Notes under the pieces: generated by a model
Databases searched by the model: none
What the model saw: the letters and a program-made list of their open reading frames with translations, nothing else
Told to the model about the DNA's origin: nothing
Translations under genes and position numbers: made by a program
Shown: positions 27,966-42,434 of the stretch, one piece after another
Numbering within the stretch: the first letter of the stretch is position 1
Layout: each line of letters begins with the position of its first letter
Assembly (NCBI GenBank): GCA_965221125.1
Contig: CBDCRW010000006.1
Location: 224,001 to 288,000 of the forward strand
Direction of reading: 5' to 3'
From: Alphaproteobacteria bacterium
GTDB lineage: Bacteria > Pseudomonadota > Alphaproteobacteria > UBA828
Length of the DNA stretch: 64,000 bases

Positions 27966-28715
27966 ATGTGCACACTCGTGATCCTGCGGCGCCCCGGCCA
28001 CGACTGGCCGGTGCTCATCGCCGCCAACCGCGACGAGATGATCGACCGTCCCTGGCAGCCGCCGGGTCGCCACTGGCCCGACCGGGCGCACGTGACGGCA
28101 GGCCGGGACGAGCTTGCGGGCGGCACCTGGTTAGGTGTCAGCGACGACGGCGTGTGCGCCGGCATCCTCAACCGGACGGGCGCGCTCGGGCCGGCCGCAG
28201 GCAAGCGCACGCGGGGCGAGCTGGTGCTGGATGCGCTCGATCATGCCGACGCTGCGGCCGCCGCCATGGCGCTCTCCGATATCGACGGGGACGCCTACCG
28301 CCCGTTCAACCTCGTGGTCGCCGATTCGGACGAGGCGTTCTGGCTGCGCCATGACGGCGGCAGGGCGCCGGTCTTCCACGCGCTGCCCGTGGGTCTCTCC
28401 ATGTTCACGGCGCGCGAGCGCAACGACCCGGAATCGGCGCGAATTCGCACGCATCTCGCCGCGTTCGAGGCCGCCCCGCCGCCCGATCCCGACCGTGGCG
28501 CGTGGGAGGAATGGGCTGCGCTGCTCGCGCGCGGGACCGGCGACTCGGGAGGCGATGCGGAGGCCGCCATGTGCATCGAGCCCACAGCCGGATTCGGCAC
28601 GGTGAACGCTTCGCTCATCGCGCTGCCGCGCTCCGGCCGGGCCGACGTTCGCCCCGTCTGGCTCTTCGCGGCGGGGCCGCCGAATCGCCATCCATTTGAA
28701 AGCGTTGAGATTTAA
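27966..28715 (+). CDS. NRDE/TANGO2 family protein
   Basis: MCT...AANRDE, GGTWLG, RGELV. Confidence 0.9.
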   Translation: MCTLVILRRPGHDWPVLIAANRDEMIDRPWQPPGRHWPDRAHVTAGRDELAGGTWLGVSDDGVCAGILNRTGALGPAAGKRTRGELVLDALDHADAAAAAMALSDIDGDAYRPFNLVVADSDEAFWLRHDGGRAPVFHALPVGLSMFTARERNDPESARIRTHLAAFEAAPPPDPDRGAWEEWAALLARGTGDSGGDAEAAMCIEPTAGFGTVNASLIALPRSGRADVRPVWLFAAGPPNRHPFESVEI

Positions 28716-28880
28716 AGGGTCATCCGGGCGGCCGTTCCGCCACCCTCGCCGCGAAGGGCGATGCTAGGCGCTGTCGAGGACAGGCGATTGTACAAGCCCC
28801 TTGATGCGACTATGTTGACTCGGTAACGGCGCGGGTTCTTTCCTAGGCTGGTGCCGCGCCCCACATCGAGGATCGCGTCC

Positions 28881-29666
<786 letters not shown>

Positions 29667-29672
29667 GATCGC

Positions 29673-29915
29673 GTGCGAGCTCGAGTCCACATCACCCTCA
29701 AGCCCGGCGTTCTCGACCCTCAAGGAAAGGCGATCGCGAGTACGCTCGCGCGCATGGGCTTTGCCGGCGTGGAAGACGTGCGCCAGGGCAAGTATCTCGA
29801 ACTCGATCTGGCCGAGACCGACCCGGCAGCGGCACGCGCGCAGCTCGACGCCATGTGCGCGCGCCTGCTCGCCAACACCGTGATCGAGGACTACACAATC
29901 GACATTGCCGAATGA
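29673..29915 (+). CDS. purS: FGAM synthase subunit PurS
   Basis: LKPGVLDPQG, VRQGK, LLANTVIEDY. Confidence 0.96.
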   Translation: MRARVHITLKPGVLDPQGKAIASTLARMGFAGVEDVRQGKYLELDLAETDPAAARAQLDAMCARLLANTVIEDYTIDIAE

Positions 29916-30210
29916 GCCGGCGCCCGACAGCCCGAGTCGACTCTCCCACCTCTCTCCGGCCCTCTCCGCCTCCGGGGGCGGAAAGGGAGACCCTTCCGGT
30001 GCCGTCCGCGTCCCTCCACTTCCCATCCGATTCCCCCCAACATGGTCCGGTGCACGAGGCGCGGAGGCCGCGCCAAGATCGCGCCATGTATTGCGTGAGC
30101 GAGCAGAGGGCCGTTGTCCGCGGAATGGTCGGCGGACGTTCGGCGGCAGGGCGGCTGCCGCCCATCAGGCCGGTTCGTGGCGCCGTCGTCGCGGCCGGAG
30201 CCCGTTCTGC

Positions 30211-30260
30211 CCTGTCTCGCTTTGTCTCGCTTTGTCTCGCTTTATCTCGGCTTATCTCGG
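30211..30260. repeat. 10-bp tandem repeat array (5 units, YYTRTCTCGS)
   Basis: cctgtctcgc tttgtctcgc tttgtctcgc tttatctcgg cttatctcgg, with degenerate units to ~30300. Confidence 0.9.
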
Positions 30261-30357
30261 CAAATTGCCCAAAAAATTGTCTCCATGCTGTCTCACTTTG
30301 CCTTGTTCTGCGCGGCGAACCTGACGCGCTGCGACCCCGCCCAGCCGGGAGAGCGGG

Positions 30358-31043
30358 ATGAGGGCCGCCGTCATCGTCTTTCCCGGCTCCAACTGCGACC
30401 GCGACGTCATGGTGGCGCTGGAGGCCGCCGCGGGCCGGGCGCCGGCGATGGTCTGGCATGACGAGACGGCGCTGCCGGCTTGCGACCTGATCGTGCTCCC
30501 CGGCGGCTTCGCCCACGGCGACTATCTGCGCGCAGGGGCCATGGCGGCGCGCTCGCCGGTGATGGCCGACGTGGTGAAGCGGGCCGAGGCGGGCGTGCCG
30601 CTGCTCGCCATCTGCAACGGCTTCCAGGTGGCGACGGAGGCCGGGCTGCTACCGGGCGCGCTCATGCGCAACGCTGGCCTCCGCTTCGTCTGCCGCTGGG
30701 TGAGCCTGCGCGTGGACGACGCCGAGAGTCCGTTCACCGCCGGCTACGCCCACGGGCAGGTGGTGCGCATGCCGGTCGCCCATCACGACGGCAATTATTG
30801 CGCCGACGAGGAGACCCTGGCCCGGCTGGAAGGCGAGGGGCTCATCGCCTTCCGCTACGTGGACGAGGACGGCGAGACCGGCGACGGTGCAAACCCGAAC
30901 GGCTCCGCCGCCGACATCGCCGGCATCCTCAATCCGGCGCGCACGGTGCTGGGCCTCATGCCGCATCCGGAGCGCGCGGCGGAGCCCGCGCTCGGCGGCG
31001 CCGACGGGCGCGTCATGTTCGATTGCCTGGTGGAGGCGCTCTC

Positions 31044-31047
<4 letters not shown>
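30358..31047 (+). CDS. purQ: FGAM synthase subunit PurQ
   Basis: FPGSNCD, ICNGFQ, LMPHPER. Confidence 0.97.
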
Positions 31048-33311
<2,264 letters not shown>

Positions 33312-33322
33312 GAGCGCCGCCG

Positions 33323-33562
33323 ATGCCCATGGACATGCAGGAGATCGAGCAACTCATCCGCGAGGCGTTGCCGGATGCCCAGATCCATATCGACGATCTG
33401 CGTGGCGACGGCGACCATTACGCGGCGCGGGTGGTCTCGGCCTCGTTCGAGGGCAAGTCGCGGGTGGAGCAGCATCAGATGGTCTACCGCGCGCTGCGCG
33501 GGCGCATGGGCGATCAGCTGCACGCGCTCGCGCTTCAAACCAGCGTCCCGACGGACGCCTAA
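33323..33562 (+). CDS. bolA: BolA family protein
   Basis: GDGDHY, QHQMVY, LHALAL. Confidence 0.92.
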   Translation: MPMDMQEIEQLIREALPDAQIHIDDLRGDGDHYAARVVSASFEGKSRVEQHQMVYRALRGRMGDQLHALALQTSVPTDA

Positions 33563-33589
33563 CGTACTGATAATGAGAGGGGATTTCTC

Positions 33590-33943
33590 ATGATGGAGGC
33601 CGCGACCAGCGCCCCGGTCGAGAACCGCATCAGGGGCCTCATCGACGAGAACGATGTCGTCCTGTTCATGAAAGGGACGCCCGTGTTCCCGCAGTGCGGG
33701 TTCTCCGCCACGGTGGTGCAGATGCTCTCGCTGCTTGGCGTGCGCTTCAAGGGCTTCGACGTGCTCGAGGACCCGGAGGTCCGCCAGGGGATCAAGCGCT
33801 TCAGCGACTGGCCGACGATCCCGCAACTCTACGTCAAGGGCGAGTTCGTGGGCGGCTGCGACATCGTCCGCGAGATGTACGAGACCGGCGAGCTTTCGGA
33901 GTTTTTGAGCACCAGGGGCGTCAGCGTCGAGCCCCGCGTTTGA
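33590..33943 (+). CDS. grxD: Monothiol glutaredoxin Grx4
   Basis: FMKGTP...[16 protein letters not shown]. Confidence 0.96.
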   Translation: MMEAATSAPVENRIRGLIDENDVVLFMKGTPVFPQCGFSATVVQMLSLLGVRFKGFDVLEDPEVRQGIKRFSDWPTIPQLYVKGEFVGGCDIVREMYETGELSEFLSTRGVSVEPRV

Positions 33944-34284
33944 CCCCACCGCCGCCGGCGGCGATCGCCAGCTACCACGCCCACGTCTATTACGAGCCGG
34001 CGACGCGGCAGAGCGCCGCACAGGTGAGGACCGGCCTGATCGCGCGCTTCGAGATCAGGCTCGGGCGCTGGCGCGACAAGCTCGTGGGGCCGCATCCGAT
34101 GCACATGTTCCAGGTGGCCTTCGAGCCGGACCTGTTCCTTGAGGTCGTGCCCTGGCTCATGCTGAACCGCCGGGGGCACTCGGTGCTGGTCCACCCGAAC
34201 ACCGGCGACGACCTCGCCGATCACCGCGACTACCCGCTCTGGCTCGGCGAGCGGCTCGCCCTCGACTTCAGCGTGTTCGATTGA
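33940..34284 (+). CDS. DOPA 4,5-dioxygenase family protein
   Basis: [27 protein letters not shown]; TTG start overlapping the grxD stop. Confidence 0.88.
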   Translation: MTPPPPAAIASYHAHVYYEPATRQSAAQVRTGLIARFEIRLGRWRDKLVGPHPMHMFQVAFEPDLFLEVVPWLMLNRRGHSVLVHPNTGDDLADHRDYPLWLGERLALDFSVFD

Positions 34285-34312
34285 CGTGACCGCCAAGCAC
34301 CAGGAGACGCAC

Positions 34313-34444
34313 TTGTCTGACCAGCCCGGTCAAGCTCCTGCTCGGGCGCCGTCGTTGGCGGAGGTGCTGGCGGGGCTGAAGCCACTCGACGAGGACATCC
34401 CGGAAATCGACGATTCGCCGACGGAGCCCGAGGACCCTCTTTAG
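34313..34444 (+). CDS. 43-aa ORF resembling the C-terminal half of VapB/AbrB-type antitoxins
   Basis: AGGAG RBS + TTG; PSLAEVLAGLKPLDEDIPEIDDSPTEPEDPL; below the ORF-track cutoff. Confidence 0.5.
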   Translation: MSDQPGQAPARAPSLAEVLAGLKPLDEDIPEIDDSPTEPEDPL

Positions 34445-34474
34445 CCGGTCCACGCGGTGAGCCGGGTTAGGCCC

Positions 34475-35062
34475 TCAGCGCTCCAGCCAAAGGTCGGCCA
34501 CGGGGCCGCTGCCGCCGGCGAGCGGATCGGTCTCGGGCAGGGGGACGGCGGCGACGGAGGCCCTGATCGCGGCCATCTCCGCGTCGCCCACGACCTTCAA
34601 TTCCAGGCCCTCGGTATCGTCCCGCGCGCTGGAGACTACTGCGTCCTGGTCCGACAGCACGCAGAGGTCCGGCTGCTGCCCCGGCGGGTAGGCGCCGACG
34701 CTGACGTAGCCCGGCTTGTCGTCGAGGCGGGCATGGGCCACACCGGCGGGGATCAGCACGGCATCGCCCGCCTGCACGTCCACCACCGGCCCTTGCGGCC
34801 CGCCGAACTGGAGCCGTGCGCGCCCTCGCGCGCAGCCCACGACCTCGTGGGCGATGGAGTGGTAGTGGTGGAAGGGGAAGGTATCGCCGCGGAAGCCGTC
34901 GCCCCAGCCGTTGGCGCCGAAGTGGCGCTCGACGGCGGCCTCCGGCTCCTCACCGCCGACGTCGATGGCGCCCCGATAGACGATGAGCGGCAGCGCCCCG
35001 TTGTTGGGGCTCGTGCCGGCTTCCTTCAGCAGATGATGCTCGAATGCCAACGTGCCCATCAC
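34475..35062 (-). CDS. Cupin protein (YjlB-like)
   Basis: FHHYHSIAHEV, IPAGVAH, VGAYPPGQ. Confidence 0.88.
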   Translation of the reverse strand: MMGTLAFEHHLLKEAGTSPNNGALPLIVYRGAIDVGGEEPEAAVERHFGANGWGDGFRGDTFPFHHYHSIAHEVVGCARGRARLQFGGPQGPVVDVQAGDAVLIPAGVAHARLDDKPGYVSVGAYPPGQQPDLCVLSDQDAVVSSARDDTEGLELKVVGDAEMAAIRASVAAVPLPETDPLAGGSGPVADLWLER

Positions 35063-35155
35063 GCTCCTCCCTTGCCCTCATGGCCTGAGGGCAGACAAAA
35101 GCGGGGATGAGGCGCCCTGTCAATCGGCAGGGCAGGGGAGCGCGCGGGGCGGCGC

Positions 35156-35770
35156 CTAGCGCGAGTAGTACTCGATGACGAGGTTGGGCTCCATCGTCAC
35201 CGGGTAGGGCACGTCTGCGAGCTTCGGCGCGCGGATGTAGCGCCCCTCCATCCGGTCGTGATCGACCTCCAGATAGTCGGGCACGTCGCGCTCCGGGGAA
35301 TCGATCGCCTCAAGCACCAGCGGAAGCTGCTTGGAGCGCTCCCGCACCGTGATGCGGTCCTCGTCCTTCACCAGGTAGCTCGGGATCGTCACCCGGCGGC
35401 CGTTGACCAGGATGTGGCCGTGGCTCACGAACTGCCGCGCCGCGAACACGGTCGGCACGAACTTCATCCGGTAGACGACGGCATCGAGGCGCCGCTCCAG
35501 CAGGCCGATGAGGTTCTCGCCGGTGTCGCCCTTGCGGTCGCCGGCGATGTGGTAGTAGCGGCGGAACTGCTTCTCGGTGATGTTGCCGTAGTAGCCGCGC
35601 AGGCGCTGCTTGGCCGAGAGCTGCACCCCGAAATCCGACGGCTTGCGCCGGCGCTGGCCGTGCTGCCCCGGCCCGTAGTCGCGCCGGTTGGTCGGGCTCT
35701 TGGGGCGGCCCCAGAGGTTGACCCCGAGGCGGCGGCATATCTTGTATTTCGACTGCTGTCGTTTGCTCAT
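35156..35770 (-). CDS. rpsD: 30S ribosomal protein S4
   Basis: [27 protein letters not shown]. Confidence 0.98.
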   Translation of the reverse strand: MSKRQQSKYKICRRLGVNLWGRPKSPTNRRDYGPGQHGQRRRKPSDFGVQLSAKQRLRGYYGNITEKQFRRYYHIAGDRKGDTGENLIGLLERRLDAVVYRMKFVPTVFAARQFVSHGHILVNGRRVTIPSYLVKDEDRITVRERSKQLPLVLEAIDSPERDVPDYLEVDHDRMEGRYIRAPKLADVPYPVTMEPNLVIEYYSR

Positions 35771-35854
35771 CGTGCCCGTGCCGGTGGGAGAATCGCGTTT
35801 GCTCGCGGCCTCCGGCGGCGAGCCGGGCGCACTATAGCCGCCGCCGGTGCGGTG

Positions 35855-36664
35855 TCAATCGACCGAATGTGGCGTCTCGCGCCGAGGCTGCCCGCCGGTG
35901 AGCGCACGCACGACGCCGCGCAGCGTCTGCACGTCCTGGCGGGTGAGCGAGACGCGCTCGAACATGGTTCGCATGTTGAGCACCATGCGGGGCCGCATCT
36001 CGGCCGTCGGGAAGAAGCCGCGATCATCGAGCGCGCCTTCCAGATGCTCGAAGAAGTGCAGGACTTCCTCCTTCGTGGCGGGCCGGGTGCTCCCGGTCGG
36101 CGGCGGTGGCTCCTCGACCTCCTCCAGCGGACCACTGGCGAGGCGCCATTCGTAGGCCATGATGAGCACCGCCTGCGCCAGGTTGAGCGAGGCGAAGGCG
36201 GGGTTGAGCGGGATGCGGACGATGGCGTCGGCGAGCACCAGCTCCTCGTTCCTGAGGCCGGCCTTCTCCGGCCCGAAGAGCAGGCCTAGGCGCGCGCCGC
36301 CGTCGGCCGCGTTTCGCATGGCGGTCACAGCCGCACGCGGCGCAAGCTCTGGTTTCAACAGTTCTCGCGGGCGTGCCGTGGTGGCGTGGACGACGTTGAG
36401 ATCGGCCACGGCCTCCTCGACGGTTGCATAAACGCGGGTGCCGTTCAGCACCGCATCGGCGCCCGAGGCCGCGCCGAGGGCCTTGACGTTGGGCCAGCCG
36501 TCGCGGGGCTGGACCAGGCGCAGGTCGGCAAGGCCGCAGTTCAGCATGGCGCGGGCGGCGGCGCCGATGTTCTCGCCGAGCTGGGTGCGCACGAGGATGA
36601 CCGCCGGCGCTCCCTTCTCGACATGGGCCGCCGCGCGGCTTTTGCGCCGGTCGGTCCCCGCCAC
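35855..36664 (-). CDS. TrmJ/LasT-type SPOUT RNA methyltransferase
   Basis: ENIGAAARAMLN, FGPEKAGL, SLNLAQAV. Confidence 0.92.
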   Translation of the reverse strand: MAGTDRRKSRAAAHVEKGAPAVILVRTQLGENIGAAARAMLNCGLADLRLVQPRDGWPNVKALGAASGADAVLNGTRVYATVEEAVADLNVVHATTARPRELLKPELAPRAAVTAMRNAADGGARLGLLFGPEKAGLRNEELVLADAIVRIPLNPAFASLNLAQAVLIMAYEWRLASGPLEEVEEPPPPTGSTRPATKEEVLHFFEHLEGALDDRGFFPTAEMRPRMVLNMRTMFERVSLTRQDVQTLRGVVRALTGGQPRRETPHSVD

Positions 36665-36678
36665 GGCTCAGACCCTGG

Positions 36679-38058
<1,380 letters not shown>

Positions 38059-38061
38059 GGC

Positions 38062-39723
38062 TCAGCCGGCCCCGCGATAGCGGTTGGTGATGGGGTAGCG
38101 CCGGTCCTTGCCGAAGGAGCGCAGCGTAAGCTTGATGCCGGGCGGCGCCTGCCTGCGCTTGTACTCGGCGATGTCGAGCATGCGCCAGATGCGCTCGGCG
38201 GTCTCCGCCGCGTGGCCGCGGGCGACGATTTCCGCTGTCGAGCGCTCCTCCTCCACGAGGCCGCGCAGCACGTCGTCGAGCACGTCGTAGGGGGGCAGCG
38301 TGTCCTGGTCCGTCTGGTCGGGGCGCAGCTCCGCGCTCGGCGGCTTGTCGATGATCGCTTCGGGAATCACCGACCCCCGCGGTCCCTTGAGCCCCTCCAT
38401 CCAGTTCCGGTTGCGCCAGCGCGCCATCTCGAACACGGCGGTCTTGTAGACGTCCTTCAGGACCGAATAGCCGCCGCACATGTCGCCGTAGAGCGTGGCG
38501 TAGCCCACCGACATCTCCGACTTGTTGCCGGTGGTGAGCACCATGTGGCCGAGCTTGTTGCTGATCGCCATCAGGATGACGCCGCGCACCCGCGCCTGGA
38601 TGTTCTCCTCGGTCTCGTCGGCGTCGCGGCCTTTGAAGAGCGCGGAGAGCATGCCATCCATCGCGTCCACCGCCGGCTCGATCCCCACCACCTCGTAGCG
38701 GACGCCGAGCAGGCGCGCGCACCCTGCGGCGTCGTCGAGGGAGGATTGCGCGGTGTAGCGCGACGGCATGGCGACGCAGAGGACGCGGTCCGCGCCCAGC
38801 GCATCGACGGCAACGGCAGCCGTCAGCGCCGAATCGATGCCGCCGGAAAGCCCGATCAGCACGCCGGGGAAGCCGTTCTTGCCGACGTAGTCGGCGAGCC
38901 CCACCGTCATGGCGCGATAGGTGGCGGCGTGGCCCTCCGGCAACGCGGCGCGCGGGCCCGGCGCGCAGGCCCAGCCGTCGCCCTCGCGCGACCAGCGGGT
39001 GAGGGTGAGCGATTCCTCGAAGGCCGGCGCCTGGGCGGCGAGGCTGTTGTCGGCGTTGAGCACGAACGAGGCGCCGTCGAAGACAAGCTCGTCCTGTCCG
39101 CCCACCTGGTTCGCGTAGATCAGCGGCAGCTCCGTCTCGCCGATGCGGGCGACGGCGAGGTTGAGCCGCGTGTCGCCCTTGTCGCTCTCGAAGGGCGAGC
39201 CGTTGATCGCGATCATGATCTCGGCGCCCGATTCCGCGAGGCACTCGGCGACGTCCGGGAACCACATGTCCTCGCAGATCATGACGCCGAGGCGGACGCC
39301 GCGGAACGGGATCGGTCCGGGCAGGCCTGCGCGCGCGAACACCCGTACCTCGTCGAAGACCCCGTAGTTGGGGAGCTCGTACTTGTATCGGTGCGCTGCG
39401 ACCGCGCCGCCTTCGAGCAGGAGCGCGGCGTTGTACAGCTTGCCGTCGTCGACCCAGGGCGCGCCCAGGAGGAGCGCCGGGCCGCCGTCTGCGGTCGCCG
39501 CCGCGAGAACCTCGACGACGGCGCGCGTCTGCTCCTGGAACATTGGCTTCAGCACGAGGTCCTCGGGCGGATAGCCGGTCACCACCAGCTCGGTGCAGAC
39601 CACGAGATCAGCGCCTTGGGCCGCAGCCTCGGCGCGGGCGCGGAGGATGAGCGCCTTGTTGCCCTCCAGGTCGCCCACGGTGGGGTTGAGCTGGGCGAGC
39701 GCGATGGTGAGCGTGTCGGTCAT
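38062..39723 (-). CDS. nadE: Glutamine-dependent NAD+ synthetase
   Basis: Nitrilase domain (GYPPED, ICED), SGGIDS, TGNKSE, PSAEL. Confidence 0.96.
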   Translation of the reverse strand: MTDTLTIALAQLNPTVGDLEGNKALILRARAEAAAQGADLVVCTELVVTGYPPEDLVLKPMFQEQTRAVVEVLAAATADGGPALLLGAPWVDDGKLYNAALLLEGGAVAAHRYKYELPNYGVFDEVRVFARAGLPGPIPFRGVRLGVMICEDMWFPDVAECLAESGAEIMIAINGSPFESDKGDTRLNLAVARIGETELPLIYANQVGGQDELVFDGASFVLNADNSLAAQAPAFEESLTLTRWSREGDGWACAPGPRAALPEGHAATYRAMTVGLADYVGKNGFPGVLIGLSGGIDSALTAAVAVDALGADRVLCVAMPSRYTAQSSLDDAAGCARLLGVRYEVVGIEPAVDAMDGMLSALFKGRDADETEENIQARVRGVILMAISNKLGHMVLTTGNKSEMSVGYATLYGDMCGGYSVLKDVYKTAVFEMARWRNRNWMEGLKGPRGSVIPEAIIDKPPSAELRPDQTDQDTLPPYDVLDDVLRGLVEEERSTAEIVARGHAAETAERIWRMLDIAEYKRRQAPPGIKLTLRSFGKDRRYPITNRYRGAG

Positions 39724-39768
39724 GGTCGAGTGAACATCAGTGGAGGTGCCGGCGGCCACCGGCGCGCC

Positions 39769-40926
39769 CTATCGAGATCGGGATGAGTCGTCTTCGCCAT
39801 TGCGCAGCAGGAACTCGCGGCCGAGCTTGACCCGGGCGGTGCCGTCGTAATCGATGATATCCGCCGTCGCAAATGTCTCGGACCAGTTCTCGGGCAGGAA
39901 CGAGCCCGTGCCGATCACGTCGATCGGCGCATTCACGCTGGCCATGACCTTGCACTTCGCGGGGCTGAAGCCGGAGCTTGCGACGATCTTCACCTTCTCG
40001 AAGCCCGCATCGTCGAGCGCGGCCCGCAGGTGGAAGAGCGCCGCTGCGCTCACGCCCGTGCCGTTGAGCCAGCGCAGCTCGGCCTCGGTGCGGTACTCGC
40101 GGACGGCATTCGGGCTGTAACGCTCGAGCACCGCATACGACTCCGCCATGTCCAGGCCTTCGACGTAGCGGCTGCCGTGCGTGTCCAGGCGGATGCTCAG
40201 TTCTCCGCGTTCGACAAGCTCGGGGAAGCGCCGGCAGACGGCGAGCGTGTCGGTGATTTCCTGCCCGTAATAGTCGACGAGCACGGTCATCGGCTCGCCC
40301 TCGAAGATCTCGTGGTACATCTCCGCGGCGCGCAGCGTGGAGCCCGCGTAGCCGATGAAGGCGTGGGGCATGGTGCCGTAGCCCCGCTGATTGCCGAAAT
40401 AGTGCGCGGTCGCGTCGGTGGCGTTGCCGATGAAGCCGGTGGCGCCGCATTCCTCCTTCGCGGCCTTGGAGCCGACGCTCGCGGCGTAGGCCATCATCTC
40501 GGCCATCTCCAGGCCGGCGCAGTGGCGCGCGTCCATCGCCAGGAACCCGACCCTGGGCAGGGTCCGTGCCATGGCGTAGGCGTTGTATGCGGCGACGCAG
40601 CAGGCGCCGAGGCGCTGCAGGTAGAGGGTTTCGAGATCGACGAGATGGCGGAACGAGCCCGAGAGATAGACCAGCGGCTCGCCGGCGCCGACCCACTCGC
40701 CTTCCTCGAACTGGCAGTTGATGGCGAATTCGGTATCGCGCTCCGCCGCCACCGCCTCCAGCCACTCGATCATCAGGCGGGGCGCGAAACAGACCGGCCG
40801 CCTCAGGAACAGCGCGTAGGTGACCCGGGCGTCGCCGAAGCGCCCGATCGCCTTGCGCGTCCGCGTGAAGTAGTGGTCCGTGTAGCGGGCGACCTCGCGG
40901 TCGCGCGGTCCGTTGTGGGTCAACAT
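39769..40926 (-). CDS. Nicotinate phosphoribosyltransferase-like
   Basis: TDHYF, GTMPH, IRLDT, ASSGF, ATADI; directly upstream of nadE. Confidence 0.85.
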   Translation of the reverse strand: MLTHNGPRDREVARYTDHYFTRTRKAIGRFGDARVTYALFLRRPVCFAPRLMIEWLEAVAAERDTEFAINCQFEEGEWVGAGEPLVYLSGSFRHLVDLETLYLQRLGACCVAAYNAYAMARTLPRVGFLAMDARHCAGLEMAEMMAYAASVGSKAAKEECGATGFIGNATDATAHYFGNQRGYGTMPHAFIGYAGSTLRAAEMYHEIFEGEPMTVLVDYYGQEITDTLAVCRRFPELVERGELSIRLDTHGSRYVEGLDMAESYAVLERYSPNAVREYRTEAELRWLNGTGVSAAALFHLRAALDDAGFEKVKIVASSGFSPAKCKVMASVNAPIDVIGTGSFLPENWSETFATADIIDYDGTARVKLGREFLLRNGEDDSSRSR

Positions 40927-40942
40927 CGCGACCCCGGATCGC

Positions 40943-42325
40943 CTAGCCGTGCAGCGCCTGCGGCTGCACTGTGGACGCCCGTTCCTCCCTCAGGTGCTCC
41001 GCGATGAGGAAGGCGAGCTCCAACGCCTGCGAGGCGTTGAGCCTCGGGTCGCAATGGGTGTGGTAGCGATTGGAGAGATCCTCCTCGGTGATCGCCTGGG
41101 CACCGCCGAGGCATTCGGTCACGTCCTGGCCGGTCATCTCGAAATGGACGCCGCCGGGGTGCGCGCCCTCGGCCCGGTGTACCGCGAAGAAGCCCCGCAC
41201 CTCCGCCATGACCTGGTCAAATATGCGGGTCTTGTAGCCGTTGGAGGACTTTATCGTGTTGCCGTGCATGGGGTCGCAGGCCCAGACCACGTGGCGGCCT
41301 TCCCGTTCGACCACGCGCACGAGGGGCGGCAGCTTGGCCTCGATGGCCGCGTGGCCCATGCGCGTGATGACCGTGAGCTTGCCCGGCTCGTTGCGCGGAT
41401 TGAGCCGGTCGATGAGACCGAGCAGGTCATCCGGCTCGAGGGTGGGACCCGCCTTGAGCCCCAGTGGATTGCCGACGCCGCTCAGGAAGTCGACATGCGC
41501 GCCGTCCGCCTGGCGCGTGCGGTCGCCGATCCAGAGCATGTGTGCTGAGCAGTCGTACCAGCCGCCGGTGGTCGAATCGATCCTGGTCAGCGCCTGCTCG
41601 TATTCCAGCAGCAGGGCTTCGTGCGAGGTGTAGAACTCGGTCTCGCGAATCTGCGGCGAGGTTGCCTCGGTGAGCCCGCACGCCGCCATGAAATCGAGAG
41701 TGTCCCCGATCTGATTGGCCAGCGCCTCGTAGCGTGCGCCCTGCGTGCTCTCGGCGACGAAGCCGAGGTTCCAGCGGTGCACGGCGTGGAGGTCCGCGTA
41801 GCCGCCCTGGGCCAGCGCGCGCAGCAGGTTGAGCGTTGACGCGGACTGGCCGTAGGCGCGAAGCAGACGCTGCGGCTCCGGCGCCCGCGCCTCCTCGTCG
41901 AAGGCCATGCCGTTGACCATGTCGCCGCGGTAGGCGGGGAGCGTGATGCCGTCCACGGTCTCGGTGTCCGACGAGCGGGGCTTGGCGAACTGGCCCGCAA
42001 GGCGCCCCACCTTCACCACCGGGAGCTTGGCGCCGTAGGTGAGCACCACCGCCATCTGCAGCAGGACGCGGAAGGTGTCGCGCACCGTGTCGGGATGGAA
42101 CTCGGCGAAGCTCTCGGCGCAGTCGCCGCCCTGCAGCAGGAAGGCCCTGCCTTCGCAGACCCGCGCCAGGCGCTCCTGCAGCCTGCGCGCCTCGCCGGCG
42201 AACACCAGCGGGGGCGAGGTCTCGAGGCGCTCCTTGGCCGAGGCGAGCGCAGCCGCATCGGGCCACGTCGGCTGCTGCTTGATCGGCAGCCCTCGCCAAC
42301 GGCCGGGATGCCACGTGCCGGGCAT
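40943..42325 (-). CDS. Class II DAHP synthase
   Basis: QGGDCAE, KPRS, WIGDRTR, CDPMHGN, CDPRLN. Confidence 0.96.
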   Translation of the reverse strand: MPGTWHPGRWRGLPIKQQPTWPDAAALASAKERLETSPPLVFAGEARRLQERLARVCEGRAFLLQGGDCAESFAEFHPDTVRDTFRVLLQMAVVLTYGAKLPVVKVGRLAGQFAKPRSSDTETVDGITLPAYRGDMVNGMAFDEEARAPEPQRLLRAYGQSASTLNLLRALAQGGYADLHAVHRWNLGFVAESTQGARYEALANQIGDTLDFMAACGLTEATSPQIRETEFYTSHEALLLEYEQALTRIDSTTGGWYDCSAHMLWIGDRTRQADGAHVDFLSGVGNPLGLKAGPTLEPDDLLGLIDRLNPRNEPGKLTVITRMGHAAIEAKLPPLVRVVEREGRHVVWACDPMHGNTIKSSNGYKTRIFDQVMAEVRGFFAVHRAEGAHPGGVHFEMTGQDVTECLGGAQAITEEDLSNRYHTHCDPRLNASQALELAFLIAEHLREERASTVQPQALHG

Positions 42326-42434
42326 GTCGTACTCCCGCGGATTTATGTCGTTGTGGCCGTGCTATACGCCCGAACCGGCCGTCTTGCCAGCATTTTCCAC
42401 AGCCCCACGATGGCGGCTGCCGGCCGACCTGAAC

